Assembly (NCBI RefSeq): GCF_964355755.1
Contig: NC_092679.1
Span: 7,594,201 to 7,658,200, forward strand
Length of the DNA stretch: 64,000 bases
Direction: 5' to 3'
Origin: Antedon mediterranea
Taxonomy: Eukaryota > Animalia > Echinodermata
This document shows positions 1 through 13,549 of the stretch, piece after piece. The stretch's first letter is position 1. The number at the start of each line of letters is the position of its first letter. Made by a program: the position numbers and the translations under genes. Below the pieces are notes generated by a model. It was not told where the DNA came from. It saw only the letters and a list, made by a program, of their open reading frames with translations, and made no database searches.

Positions 1-102
1 AATACTATTTCTTGAAATAAAAATGAACAACAAATAAACATACATTTTTAGTTATTAATTAAGCGAATAAACAAAATCAGTCTTATCTTTTGTATGTAAA
101 TT

Positions 103-1762
103 AAATACTATAGTGAGCAAGGATAGCAACCAACATTGAAATACTATAGTGAGCAAGGATAGCAACCAACATGGAAATACTATAGTGAGCGAGGATAGCA
201 ACCAACATGGAAATACTATAGTGAGCAAGGATAGCAACCAACATTGAAATACTATAGTGAGCGAGGATAGCAACCAACATTGAAATACTATAGTGAGCGA
301 GGATAGCAACCAACATGGAAATACTATAGTGAGCAAGGATAGCAACCAACATGGAAATACTATAGTGAGCGAGGATAGCAACCAACATTGAAATACTATA
401 GTGAGCGAGGATAGCAACCAACATTGAAATACTATAGTGAGCGAGGATAGCAACCAACATGGAAATACTATAGTGAGCGAGGATAGCAACCAACATGGAA
501 ATACTATAGTGAGCGAGGATAGCAACCAACATTGAAATACTATAGTGAGCAAGGATAGCAACCAACATGGAAATACTATAGTGAGCGAGGATAGCAACCA
601 ACATGGAAATACTATAGTGAGCAAGGATAGCAACCAACATGGAAATACTATAGTGAGCGAGGATAGCAACCAACATGGAAATACTATAGTGAGCGAGGAT
701 AGCAACCAACATTGAAATACTATAGTGAGCGAGGATAGCAACCAACATGGAAATACTATAGTGAGCGAGGATAGCAACCAACATTGAAATACTATAGTGA
801 GCGAGGATAGCAACCAACATTGAAATACTATAGTGAGCAAGGATAGCAACCAACATGGAAATACTATAGTGAGCAAGGATAGCAACCAACATGGAAATAC
901 TATAGTGAGCAAGGATAGCAACCAACATGGAAATACTATAGTGAGCGAGGATAGCAACCAACATGGAAATACTATAGTGAGCAAGGATAGCAACCAACAT
1001 GGAAATACTATAGTGAGCGAGGATAGCAACCAACATGGAAATACTATAGTGAGCGAGGATAGCAACCAACATGGAAATACTATAGTGAGCGAGGATAGCA
1101 ACCAACATGGAAATACTATAGTGAGCGAGGATAGCAACCAACATGGAAATACTATAGTGAGCGAGGATAGCAACCAACATGGAAATACTATAGTGAGCGA
1201 GGATAGCAACCAACATGGAAATACTATAGTGAGCGAGGATAGCAACCAACATGGAAATACTATAGTGAGCAAGGATAGCAACCAACATTGAAATACTATA
1301 GTGAGCGAGGATAGCAACCAACATGGAAATACTATAGTGAGCAAGGATAGCAACCAACATGGAAATACTATAGTGAGCGAGGATAGCAACCAACATGGAA
1401 ATACTATAGTGAGCAAGGATAGCAACCAACATGGAAATACTATAGTGAGCGAGGATAGCAACCAACATGGAAATACTATAGTGAGCGAGGATAGCAACCA
1501 ACATGGAAATACTATAGTGAGCGAGGATAGCAACCAACATTGAAATACTATAGTGAGCGAGGATAGCAACCAACATGGAAATACTATAGTGAGCAAGGAT
1601 AGCAACCAACATGGAAATACTATAGTGAGCAAGGATAGCAACCAACATGGAAATACTATAGTGAGCGAGGATAGCAACCAACATTGAAATACTATAGTGA
1701 GCGAGGATAGCAACCAACATGGAAATACTATAGTGAGCAAGGATAGCAACCAACATGGAAAT
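103..1762. repeat. 36-bp minisatellite (AAATACTATAGTGAGCRAGGATAGCAACCAACATKG), about 46 copies
   Basis: Direct tandem repetition with only two variable positions. It explains the 12-aa periodic ORFs 55..1749, 101..1765, 833..1291 and 1301..1543. Confidence 0.97.
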
Positions 1763-3654
1763 CATACGCAGGGCTGTTTACACAGCGAACACGCAATTAC
1801 ACGGGTTCGTCACAGGTTGACTTGACGCTGAATACATTCCGCATCACTTATCCTGTTGGTTCAGCGACTCGGGTAATTTTTTACCCCTTTTACACCGGCC
1901 TACATTTTTGCGTCCCGGGTACGACTCTGATTACACAATCAGGATCATCGCCGCTTTTTTGCTGCCTGTGTAAAAGGGATATTACATTTAAATAATCTGA
2001 ATATTGATTATTCTTGTTGGAAAGTAATACTAATATTTAAACCCCCGTAAAAAAACTATAAAGTAAATGAATATGCAAGTTCTCTGATAGCTGCTGCACT
2101 AGGAAACCAGGGAGGTATGATGCTACCAAACAGTTTGTGATAAATAGCACCTACATACTGTGAAAACAAGCATAAAACAGTGTTTATTACTATGTACAAA
2201 CAGATAATGCAGTATGGAAAATCTATTGGGATGTCTAGACATAAATATAGATTAGCAATAAATTTATATTTAGGTCAGGTTGTTTTAGTATAATACTCAG
2301 GTTAGTGCTAAAGTTGTAGTTAGCATGGTCTCATCTGACATCTATTGGAGCTGGCATCATTTTTATTTATTTTACACACTCTATGGTTTCTGGAGACATA
2401 AAAGGGAAATTTCAATTTTACCTATAAATAAGTTGGGTTATTGTAGGCATGCAGGGAAAGTTAGGAACATTATTCTATTCCTTAGGTGGTTTGTAGGTCC
2501 AGACAATACAATTAATAGGCTCAGATGACAACCGAATACAAATCAATGCGTAGGGTATTGCTGCAAATTGAAAGATCCCTAACGCCATATTTGTAAATAG
2601 AGGACAGAGAATCTGTACATATCACTACAACTGCCGTGAGCTGCATCACCTACTTACTATTCATAGTCTATTGTGAAAACATCCTTGGTATTCTATCAAT
2701 ATATTTGTCCATATTTAACAAAGCAACTGGCCATTCACAAATCCAATTAGTTGAAAGGCTTTTATTTTTGCAGCTTGTTATATTTTGCTAATGCAAGTAA
2801 CCTTTAATTTCTCTTCTACAATACAATCAAATATTGTTCGAGAGAATAACGATTTGATAGTTTTACTTTAGCAAGAAATATGTAAATAAATTATTTTTTA
2901 TATTCTTCATCCGCATCATAATGTAATGTGAAAGATGGCCTTACACTAACCTTCTCACTATTTCAGTGCGAGTGTCAGAAAGCATTAATTTCAACCTAAT
3001 TTAATATTAATATTACTACATTTGCGAAATATATTTGTGTATTATATTTGGCATGCGTTATGGCAACACTGGTCCAGCGACCTCTTTTACCACACTCAAG
3101 TCTATGTGCTGTTTTGAATATTGTTAAAATGAATAAAATAAATCTGATGGAAATAGTGTACACACACTGTATTCAGTTATATGCCAGCTCTCATCTGTGC
3201 CCTTCTCTACATAAAAGGACGGCTTTGGTTAATAGCTCCTTTCAATTTATTTTAGTAACAAAGGATCAATCATCGTATAACTAGTTATTCACTGTCTTCA
3301 GTCTCTGCGCTTTTATTCCGTGCTGTCTATCCATCAATGTTGATGTACATTGCATTGTGACTGTAAATCTATCATTATAAATGCTTTAAATGGATATTAA
3401 TGATAAGCTCAAATGATTGTATCATTGTAAATAAACAATGTACAAGTGTATGTGCCATGCTTTTCATTCAAGTCATATTTCCATTAAATCTAAGTGGAAG
3501 AGGTTGTGTAAGAATTAAAGTTAGGACGAAAGATGAGAAGGAGAAAATAAGGACGAAATAAGAAGCACAGGATCAGGGATGGAGAAATTTAGGGCAAGAA
3601 GAAATTCATGGTAGAAGAATTAATAGAAGAAAGAAAAAAGGAGTACAGTAATAA

Positions 3655-4340
3655 GGGGAAGGAAGAAATTTGTAATAGAGGAATGAAGGAAATGAAAGGA
3701 AGGAAGACATTTGTGGAAGACGAATGAAGGAAATGAAGGGAAGGAAGAAATTTGTGGACGACGAATGAAGGAAATGAAAGGAAGGAAGAAATTTGTGGAA
3801 GACGAATGAAGGAAATGAAGGGAAGGAAGAAATTTGTGGACGACAAATGAAGGAAATGAAGGGAAGGAAATGAAGGGAAGGAAGAAATTTGTGGAAGACG
3901 AATGAAGGAAATGAAGGGAAGGAAGAAATTTGTGGAAGACGAATGAATGAAGGGAAGGAAGAAATTTGTGGAAGACGAATGAAGGAAATGAAGGGAGGGA
4001 AGGAAGAAATTTGTGGAAGACGAATTAAGGAAATGAAGGGAAGGAAGAAATTTGTGGAAGACGAATGAAGGAAATGAAGGGAAGGAAGAAATTTGTGGAA
4101 GACGAATGAAGGAAATAAAGGAAGGAAGAAATTTGTGGAAAAGGAATGAAGGGAAGGAAGAAATTTGTGGAAGACGAATGAAGGGATGGAAGTAATTTGT
4201 AGTAGAGGAAAGAAGGGAAGGAAGAAATTTGTGGAAGACGAATGAAGGGAAAGAAGGAAAGGAAGAAATTTGTGGACGACGAATGAAGGGAAGGAAGAAA
4301 TTTGTGGAAGACGAATGAAGGGAATGAAGGGAAGGAAGAA
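3655..4340. repeat. Purine-rich degenerate minisatellite, about 41-bp unit (GAAGGAAGAAATTTGTGGAAGACGAATGAAGGAAATGAAGG)
   Basis: Tandem copies with frequent loss of the AATGAAGG sub-block. Confidence 0.9.
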
Positions 4341-4770
4341 ACCAGGAGAAATGAACTTTATACTGAAAACAGTGTTTCAGAGAGTAGACTGTATTTAGAT
4401 TTCACTTTTCATACATTTAAAATGTTCCATTTTTTGTTCCAACACAATTTTATTTTGAATGTAACTGTAAGAATGCATTATAATGAAAGATGAGATGTTA
4501 TCAATAACATCAAAAGCGGAAACTCATTATGATGTGTTTACATTCAACAGATTTGATCAGAACACCTGTAAATAACACTAAAAACCTATTTTAAAAACAA
4601 TTTCTCTATTTCAATATAATTCAATATATAATTTTGAATACATTCTCAGGTTGATTCATTAATATCTGCAATTTTCTACAAAATATAAATTCAAAATAAA
4701 ATTGCAATATAATAATTATTACTGCAGTAAACTATGAGTGTGTAGTATAATAAATGCTGATATAATTTAC

Positions 4771-4869
4771 CTTATCTCGATGTAATTTTTTACTAATAAC
4801 TTCATATAGTGGGTTTGGACGTAGAAGTTCATATACCATACAAAAATGATCACCAAACTGGAAGGTGTT
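4771..4869 (-). CDS. Protein kinase exon (subdomains IV-V), NTFQFGDHFCMVYELLRPNPLYEVISKKLHRDK
   Basis: ttttag acceptor and gtaaat donor, 99 nt, phase 0-0. The F-x-F-x-x-H-x-C-x-V-x-ELL motif is typical of DYRK/HIPK/CLK/PRP4 kinases. Confidence 0.88.
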
Positions 4870-5851
4870 CTAAAAGATAATTTTCATTTTTAATAAAATA
4901 AAAAAATATAACCTTAATATCTATAATGATAATAGGTAAAATCCTTTGCTTAAGAGACCCATCGTGAAATGTCTACTACGCAAAGCGCTATTCGGGAGAC
5001 ACTCCTATTAAAAGGGATACTTTGTTGGGTTTTAAGTTGTCGTGTTAGCAGGGATAACTGGAATACAGTAATAACTACATAAAATAACTAGAAAGCCACT
5101 CCGAGAGTGCATACCTCCGCCTACTGTAAAATTCAGATTTCTCCGGGAAAAAACAAATATATATATTAATTTGTGTGTGTCTTAATGCTGTTTCTGATTT
5201 AGGCTAATTTCACTACAAGCATGTGTATGCGAGTTTGGTGTAATTGTTATGTAACAAGCCCTTCAATTAACAATAGCTTCAGTTGAATAACAATAGAACA
5301 GCAACGCGAAAATCAAACGAGTGAATTTGAAAAGAAATAGGGTTTTTAAACTACTTGCATCAAAAAATTGTAGACTAGTATTACTAACTCATTTTTCTTT
5401 AATCTTTTATTCCTAGAAAATAGCAAATATATTAAATATGTAATCTGTAATTTAGAATACCAATACAGAAATAAAAAAACAATCATATGAATGTCAGTAA
5501 TAAATAAGTTGGATAATTATTAACTGAGCCTTGAGGTGTTTTACATTATTATTCTAACAATTAGAACAAAGAGCCTGACGGATACTCAACCTTTTCTTTT
5601 TATTGTTAGTATCCATTAGTTTATTTGAAAGTTCTAGGGGCACATACTAATTGACTAGACTTATAATGCCTACACAGTGTAATGTTTAAACTACAAGGGA
5701 ATTGTTTTAAACTTTATGGTACTTTGATCGTACTTAGCTTGATTCAGGGGTTCGAAGTTTAAGTCTAGTGCCAGGATATTAATCATTACCGAATTAAATA
5801 GTTCATTTTAAAAATCAAAATTCATGATTTTTGATCTATTGTCTCACTTAC

Positions 5852-5920
5852 CAGAAGTTTAACTACTCTTGAGAAATTACTGGAATCTAGTCTGTTCAAT
5901 CTTAGTACAGTGTCAGCTTC
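5852..5920 (-). CDS. Protein kinase exon (helix C region), EADTVLRLNRLDSSNFSRVVKLL
   Basis: ttacag acceptor and gtaagt donor, 69 nt, phase 0-0. Splices in frame between the VAIK exon and the HxCxVxELL exon and supplies the conserved helix-C Glu. Confidence 0.85.
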
Positions 5921-6501
5921 CTGTAATAAAATACTTAACAATTCGATTGAGACATTATGGTTGAGTATAATTTTTCTGTTTTCTGAGGGTTGAGAAAAAC
6001 ATTAATGTTTTCTATTTGAATAATTTTCTTTTGAGCAAAATCCGTTTACAATTTACCATTTGAATACAAAAATTACTCAACGAATCTTTATGTTGACCAG
6101 GAAAGTTGCCAATCAAATACGCTAAATTACACTGTTGGCATGGTCTTCATAGCAACAGTTGTCCAATGTCCCTTTAAGCTTATTTTTCATTCGCGCGACT
6201 CAAAAGCGTCGGCTTATACGCATGCGTATTCAGGTTTCCATCCTCTAAATTCCTATCTACGCATGTGTATAAGCCGATGCTTTCGATTCACGCAAACAAA
6301 TTCACCGAGTGAAAATTTTTAAGCTATATATATTTATTTTATCAATTGTGATGACTTTGAATTTAGTTAACCCAAACTGTAGTAACAGTTTGGGTAGATG
6401 CTATGTTCAAAATAGGCTGAGTGGTTCAAAATAAGCTTTATGCTTGGTGGAAGATTTTGAAGGTGGCACAATAAAATCCATATATATTCTAGTGTTGTTA
6501 C

Positions 6502-6653
6502 CTGATAACCAAGCAGTTGATATTCGGTGTGAAGGATCTTGATAGCCACTTGATAGTCATCCCTTCTGTGAGTGTCTACAGCTTGTATGAGGATGGATGA
6601 TATTCCACGGCCTAGCACTTTCACATATTTGTATCTTTTAGCCAAAAGTGGCA
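6502..6653 (-). CDS. Protein kinase exon (subdomains I-II), PLLAKRYKYVKVLGRGISSILIQAVDTHRRDDYQVAIKILHTEYQLLGYQ
   Basis: Lies within ORF 6367..6684. ttttcag acceptor and gtaaca donor. Contains RY...LGxG loop and VAIK lysine. Confidence 0.9.
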
Positions 6654-6755
6654 CTGAAAATATATTAATACATTTAATATACATTTGTTTTCATCATCAT
6701 TATTAGCATCAACCATCCATCTCAAATTGTAAAATGCCTAGGTTTGTATAAAGTC

Positions 6756-6880
6756 AAACTAGTTTCACAAAAAAGTGTGATGTGCCGAAATATGGTAGAG
6801 ATGTGCCCAAATATGGTAGTGATATGATCGTGTCCATATATGGGCACATCCCATTTTGTTGTCACATAAAGTTTGATAGT
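6756..6880 (-). repeat. Short dispersed hairpin repeat ending in CTAGT (Helitron-like 3' end); further copies at about 13994-14095 and inverted at about 35761-35853
   Basis: AAACTAGTT..AAAAAA.TGTGATGTGCCCAAATAT...ATATGGGCACATC is present three times. The Helitron assignment is inference. Confidence 0.5.
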
Positions 6881-6985
6881 GTCGACAGAGCTTAGAATGG
6901 TAAAACTAGAATAATAAATAAAAGAAATTATTTAAAACTAATTATGATTATTATAAATTCTGATTCCTATAAAACTATGAATTAC

Positions 6986-7042
6986 CTTCCTTGAATAAAT
7001 CGGCATTAAAAATTCCATTTTCATCAGTACAAGAAACATTTT
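6986..7042 (-). CDS. Probable upstream exon of the kinase (ENVSCTDENGIFNADLFKE)
   Basis: tttaatag acceptor and G|gtaat donor, 57 nt, open, phase 1-1, matching the phase-1 start of the 6653 exon. Confidence 0.6.
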
Positions 7043-9280
7043 CTATTAAAAAAAAAATTAATGAATCGTAAACAGTAAAGATAAATTATCAAACAAACTA
7101 ATATTCTTTTGTTTTAAGAGTTCTGAACAATATAAAAATACATTTTGCAATGGATTTAAAACGTGATCTGCAGTGTTTAGTTGATAAGTTATGACTTTGA
7201 ATTTTAATTTCTCTAAAGTCAATACTGACCTTGAAAAAACATAATCTCAACAAGATCAACATTGAAATTTTTAAATTAATATTTATTGCCATAACATTAA
7301 ACAATGTGCTCTACTGAAATGCAAAATGCTTCTCTATTAATTTCCAATTAGTCTAATAATTTCTTAAGGTGTTATAGAATGTGCAATTTTACAAATAATT
7401 ATTTTAATTCTTGATGTATGTGCTTCTTTCTAATCAATAAAAATGCAAAATGTATGAATTCACAGAAAATTAAATTAATGGTTTAATTTGATTATTTTGC
7501 AAAAATTGTCCATTTGTCATCACATCCACGTTATGTTATAATTTATTCTACAGGTATAAAAGTTTCAGCAGCTTATCTTTTCAGCAATGCAATCTTTTCA
7601 GCAATTACAATTTTTCAACTTTTTCATTTGCTTCATGGTCTTCCATTAACTATTCAATATATCAATTTATTAATTAATAACAATAATAATAATAATAAGT
7701 AGATTACATTTTTACAATTTTAATGAATAAACTAGTTAAAATCTTTACATTGATTTTATTCAATTTTTAAACTTTTTAATTTGCTTCAAGGTCTTTTCAT
7801 TAACTATTCAATATATTAATTAATAATAATAAAAATAACAATATATTAAGATTCCATTTTTAGACAATTTTAATAAATAAACTATTCAATTTATAAAACA
7901 ATTAATACATACATATATTTTTAAATATAAAAGACAATGTTATTAGTAATTAATGTCATATTAAAATATAATGATGCAGCTACTGAATTTATTCAAAAAC
8001 AAATTAATTCTTACAATGTATTTTTTTAAAGATAAATGATACTGACTTGAGAGATTGTTATAAATGTTGTTGAACATTACCTGTGACTGTCAAGCTATAA
8101 CATGAATACTGCTATCAAATATGTTTCAATTACAACATTACCTTGAACTATTTCCCATCCAAGGTACACTAATTAAAGACAAATTCCAGGTACGTTGTCT
8201 TTTCCTGTCCAAACAAACGTTAACCATTCATTGTCTATAATATTTCTGTGAGCACTTTAGATCTCAACATGCTATTAATACTACTAATTTAGATGAATAA
8301 CTGCAAGTTTTGTTGAAACTTTACATCAATTTTGAGAATTAAAATATTATAGTAAGTTTTGTCAATTAATACTTTCTAGTCTATTAACTTTTTTAATTTA
8401 TAAGAAACAGGTAAGAAGCACCTAGGCAGATTCAAGTGGGGGCTCAGCCAAAAGATAGGACAGGTTTTAAGCCCTGCCACACCCCTATTTAAAATTCCGC
8501 CAGTTTAATAAAAGATTGGGTATCAAGTACAGTATGATGAAACAGAAGTAATGTTGGTTTTTAAGAAAGATCTTTTTTTTTCTTTTTTTTTTAAGTTACA
8601 AAGGCTTGTATTAATTGCCTCAAAGCTATTTGCATTATTTACTTTTAAAAATAAAATTGATATTGCTATATTTGGTGGTTATATTGCAATTGAAAGGCAT
8701 TAGTCACCTAGTTACTCCACAATATATACTATATGTTCATTTCATAGAATTCAGGTTGGTTGAGTATCAAGTTGTCATAAATACATCAACCGACTTAACA
8801 TCCTATCAAGAGGATGTGCCAAATTATTCTTTATCGGTGTATTTTAATGCCTTCAGACGAACAAGGTAAAGAGTGATTGGGTGTAACATTGTCATAGATG
8901 AAACAACCGGCTTTACATCCTATCAAGAGGATGCTAGGCTACCCATTACAATATTTTAACACCTGCAGGTATGAGGTGAAACAGTAAAGAGCGATGGGGG
9001 ATTTTACTTACTTTATTTAGCAATTTACTACTACTTGTCAGAGTATATATTTTGCATCATTGTTAAAAATAACTGTCAATACAGCTATTGGCAATAACTA
9101 ACCTTTGACTAGCACATACATGAAGTCTAAATGGAACAAAATAGTTTGTATAGCTGTAGCTCATAAAATCAACCTAATTTTGAAATAAATTTTTAAGTTA
9201 TTTTCTTTTCAAAATGTTTTAATTTTTTTATATTATGTTTATTGTAATATTATTGAGTAGCTTTGCGTCAGGGAGTTGAG

Positions 9281-9563
9281 TAATTGGTCAGATGTTTTGC
9301 CCTAATCTGACGTAATAGTAGTTTAATACAATTATAACCCCCTGTTGGTACAATACCCGCTGCTTACTTGGGCTCGAATCTAACCACTAGCCATCAGCGC
9401 AAGCTCGGTGGTCTAGAGGTATAAATGCCAGGCTAGTGATTTGGAGGTCACGGGTTCGAATCCCACCCGAGAATTACTAATTTTTTCGCAAGTATTCTCA
9501 AATGTATTTAGTATAAAGTACAAATTACGTCAGATACAGTAGGGCAAAACATCTGACCAATTA
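9281..9563. mobile_element. MITE with 24-bp perfect inverted termini enclosing a tRNA-derived segment
   Basis: TAATTGGTCAGATGTTTTGCCCTA (9281-9304) is inverted at 9540-9563, and the IR extends via ATCTGACGTAAT. Confidence 0.8.
9403..9472 (+). pseudogene. tRNA-like sequence (tRNA-Pro-like D and T arms) inside the MITE
   Basis: A-box TGGTCTAGAGG, B-box GGTTCGAATCC, CTCGG/CCGAG partial acceptor stem and CCAGG-CTAGTGA-TTTGG anticodon-like arm. Confidence 0.6.
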
Positions 9564-10610
9564 TGTTTATTAAAATGATCCAACAATTGAATCAATTTTA
9601 CTTAAAATATTATTTACTGTGTAACACCTTATCCTAAACATTTGCCAAATTTAATGTTCAAGAGAGTAGGGTTTATTACCATCAACCATTGAATTAATTG
9701 AAACTGTTCCTGTATTATTTGATTGTTGATGCAATGGTTTTGCTTGTTTGTACAGCGTTGCTAGGCCACCTGTTAATCTGCATACCATATGGCAACTAGG
9801 TGGTGGAATTCTAACCAAATTTGTGTTTCTGAAAAGAGAGAGATACAATTCTGTTGGTCTTGTCATAGAATGACATCTGATTTGGTCAGTTATGGCTGTT
9901 CCAAGTTAATATGTTAATATCCTGGAGTGATATTATTATTGTCACTGAAGTAAATGGTTGTCAACTATATCTCGTTTCAGCTCAATAACTTGACAAAGAA
10001 ACACTTTTTTTATTTGATTTATTATTAATTAGTTATTACAATGATATCCTTCATTTGTATATTAAATAAATTTAAATTCTATCATCATGGCAACATTAAT
10101 TTCAAATTAAAAAAACTATGAATACACCACAGAACAGGCTACGAACTACACTGCCTACAGTACAAACAAGTCTCACTCCAGCCAGTCAGCATATTCAACC
10201 ACGGTGTGGTCCATCACTCTATTCCTATACTTCTAGCTAGGCCTAGTCGATCGATGACACACGACCAACAACAACTGAATACATACTATTACAATACAAT
10301 TACAATCGGCGCAGCCTACATCAAAATGCAACCAAATATTTTCACATTTTTTAATTTATACTGATGAAAAGTATGAGTGTTAATGTTTTAACTACACTAC
10401 GTTACCGTTGCACTATTTTAAACCTTTACTCAACGCATCGCAAGCCAGGCCTAGCCAAGGCCTACTGTGTACAGGTATTATTGCCTCAATGAATCACCGC
10501 CTCGATCCCGCTGTGTCCGATTTGTTAAGGAGCCTTTCCTAGCTAGTTAGGCCTAGCATCATGAACTCTATTTCATTCCACATCTCTTCTCGTTACAAAT
10601 TTGTACTTAC

Positions 10611-10654
10611 TTGACAAATGTACAAAAAGATGATTTAACATATTTAGTGGACAT
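10611..10654 (-). CDS. Possible first coding exon of the kinase (MSTKYVKSSFCTFV)
   Basis: AAAAATG start, AA|gtaagt donor and a YY1-like AAAATGGCGG just upstream (10731-10740). It is phase-compatible with a candidate exon at 8142-8204, but I could not link it in phase to 7042. Confidence 0.35.
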
Positions 10655-10729
10655 TTTTCGAATTAGACTTCTAGTAACAAAGAATAAACACCATTTTTAG
10701 TCTTTGTTTATTTTGTCGAATCAAAGTTA

Positions 10730-13110
10730 TCCGCCATTTTCACAGAATCATATTATTTATTTAGAAATATAAATTGAATTTTATAAATAATTTCAATACA
10801 TTAGAACAGTCTTAAAAATATTAAATATATTAATGCAGAAAATATTTGTTTAAATTATTAAAATAATATTTGTAAATTAAATATGTGCTATGTGATTTCG
10901 AACAAAATAGTTTTAATGGAGGTGGTCGGTCACGTATGCTAATTAGAGCGAGCTTGCATTGGTGGTCACGTCATGTCAATATTATAAAACTAGGCCTCTT
11001 TATATAAAAGATCTTATATACGACTTAAATAACAACTCGCTAATGACTCGCTATAAACTCGATTTGAAACCTGTCGAATAAGGGGCCCATTCAGTGACTT
11101 ATATTTTCCAATAAAATGATGTGATTCGTGTAATATATGAATACTTTTGTTGCTTACTATAGGCCTACATACAAACGTAAAAATGGTTAGTTTTGGTCAT
11201 CGCAGCATGCTGGTTGAAACATAAACACGCAACTTAAGGACGTAAGCGCACAAGCAATTTGACCAATCATGACGCTATTGCCATCCCAACTGTCGCTGTG
11301 ATTGGTCAACTCACTTGCGTTGTTAGTATTAAATACGAAATAAAATGGGTACGAAGCGTTAAGAAGCCGTTCGCGCGTTTTTCGGATTTCTTCTTAAACG
11401 CGCAACTTTAATTCCTCACGTGTAAATGGTCACGTCAATTGTTCAATAAAACTTTTACGTGGTCTCTAAACTATCATTGGTGATCAAAAAGTAATGGCAT
11501 TTTTTCAATATATTATATGTTTTATATTTTTTATAAAAAATCAATGCGATCAGACTGTTTCGCCACTTGCACGCGTTAATCGGATAAAGCGTTTAAGTGG
11601 CGCAACTTGTGGCCAATTCCTCACGCGTCATCAATAATAATATTGTAAGTCAGATTTACGCATGCCTATCCTTTTTATCCTTATTATCTTAGAACACATC
11701 AATAATAATTTATTTTATACGGAAACAAATTATTTATTTTTTAACCGGTATAATTGTTCGTTACTAATTATTTCTTTGCATTCATAATATCGAGTTGATG
11801 TGACGTTATTGGTTGCTATTGGTTGAATAATGACTTTCCAAATATGGAAGTTGATTTACCATATTAAGACTATTACGCGTGACACGAGAATGTTCGTTAC
11901 CATACCCTGTACATTGCAAATATACCTCTAAACAAAAGAGAAGGCTATTGCAGCCTGTGATATTATGCTACTGCTGCTGATATGCAACTTCTAGCTACCG
12001 CTGCATACATTTTCTACCTGGGGTGAGTGCAATTCATGCTTAATATTATTTAAGAGATGAAATTTAAATAGAAAATGGAGATTTCTTAATCATGTTTGCA
12101 CAGTTGATAATTTGCGTCATGTTTTTATGTCAAAATGAGCATAATCGTACAAGTGTGTGACGTGTGGACTGTATACACACACAGCTTAGTATGTATAAAA
12201 GGCGTTGATATGTGTGCGCCGATGTAATATTTTAATATCTTGGTACAATACCATAAAATTTATCTACCACGTTTATAAAAATAAACTGGTTTAGTAGCGT
12301 ATAATCAATGCATAGTAATGTTATTAATGTATGTATACTATTTTTAGCTTAATTTATTACGTAGACTAATCGCGTGTCGTCTGCGCACTTCTTACCCGGA
12401 TCCAGGGTTACCATTAACTCATTTTTTTATTATCAATAATAGGTCTTGCTCTAATACGTGTATTTTTAGTCCCAAATGCAACGTATTATTTATAGGCCTA
12501 ATCGTTACTGTCTTGTCTTTGTTCTCTGTATGTGTGGTCTATGCTATTGTTCTCGTCGTATCAAACGTGTACACAGATTTATCAAATTAGACGGTCGATT
12601 TAATCAATTCGCTAATGATCTATATGGCGAGTTGATTTTCGGAATTTTTAAATATTATAGGAAGCGTTTTCAAATAATAAATTGATGTATATTAAGGTAT
12701 ATTTAAATAAAAATATACCGATGTTAAATTTAACCTGGCTAAAATTTAAAACGCTGACCATGACGTCATCAAAAATATTCCGATTAAAAAGGTCAACTAT
12801 TAAACAGTATTCTGTAGTTTGAAGCTTTGCTTTCCCATCGAAGATCATTGTTTATTTCACTTAATGGCTAAAATTATAAGTTTAACAAGCTCCTGCACTT
12901 AAGATTAGAATGTTGCAAGTGGCAGATGTATGCGTCAGTTCGCACGGTTAATTAATAAATATTGACGTCATTTAAATGGTTTTAAGTTCTTTCAAATGAC
13001 CAGAACATTTATGTTGTAATAATGTTGCACATTATAAGCAACTACTTACTGCCTTCGCGTTTCCGTTCTCGTAAACACACGTGCGTAATTCAATTATGAC
13101 GTCAATCGTC
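10730..13110. promoter_or_regulatory. CpG-enriched, probably bidirectional promoter/enhancer region
   Basis: YY1-like motif 10731, TGACGT 11801, inverted CCAAT 11808 and 11818, CArG CCAAATATGG 11838-11847, CArG-like 11859-11868, + strand donor GG|gtgagt near 12023, and perfect CRE TGACGTCA at 12761, 12963 and 13097. Confidence 0.5.
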
Positions 13111-13549
13111 AGCAATACTAGGTGTGTTATTTTCAAAGCCAAAAGTGACTACGTGGTGAAACATTACGCATTTTTAAACCATCTAATATTAACATAAAAA
13201 ATGTTCACATTTTTTTAACAACATGATGATCGTTTGCGCGAACAAATATGCATGACGTATTCCGGAAATGAAAATGGTAACGCCCGGTAACTGTATTTAT
13301 ACTGTTCAGTTTTATGACTATCAAAACGAAATATGTGCAGAAATATGTGAGGTTCTAAAAATGGAATATAGTATGCAACAGGTCTAACTGAAGTAAAGTT
13401 ACAACGCGCAAGATCAATGTGCACTATGGTCGAATTGGCATAATTTCCACGTACGCGCAACTGAAGTACCGTAATTTGACAAATCACAGCGACGGATAAC
13501 CTGACCTTTCAGATGTGAATGTTTATATTATTTGCGCGCCGCGTACTCA

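Noticed and set aside
55-1765. 564-aa and 554-aa ORFs as real membrane proteins
   Set aside because: They are purely translations of a 36-bp tandem repeat with no unique coding flanks.
9403-9472. Functional tRNA gene
   Set aside because: The acceptor stem is incomplete, identity elements are discordant (Pro-like arms, AGT loop), and it is embedded in a MITE.
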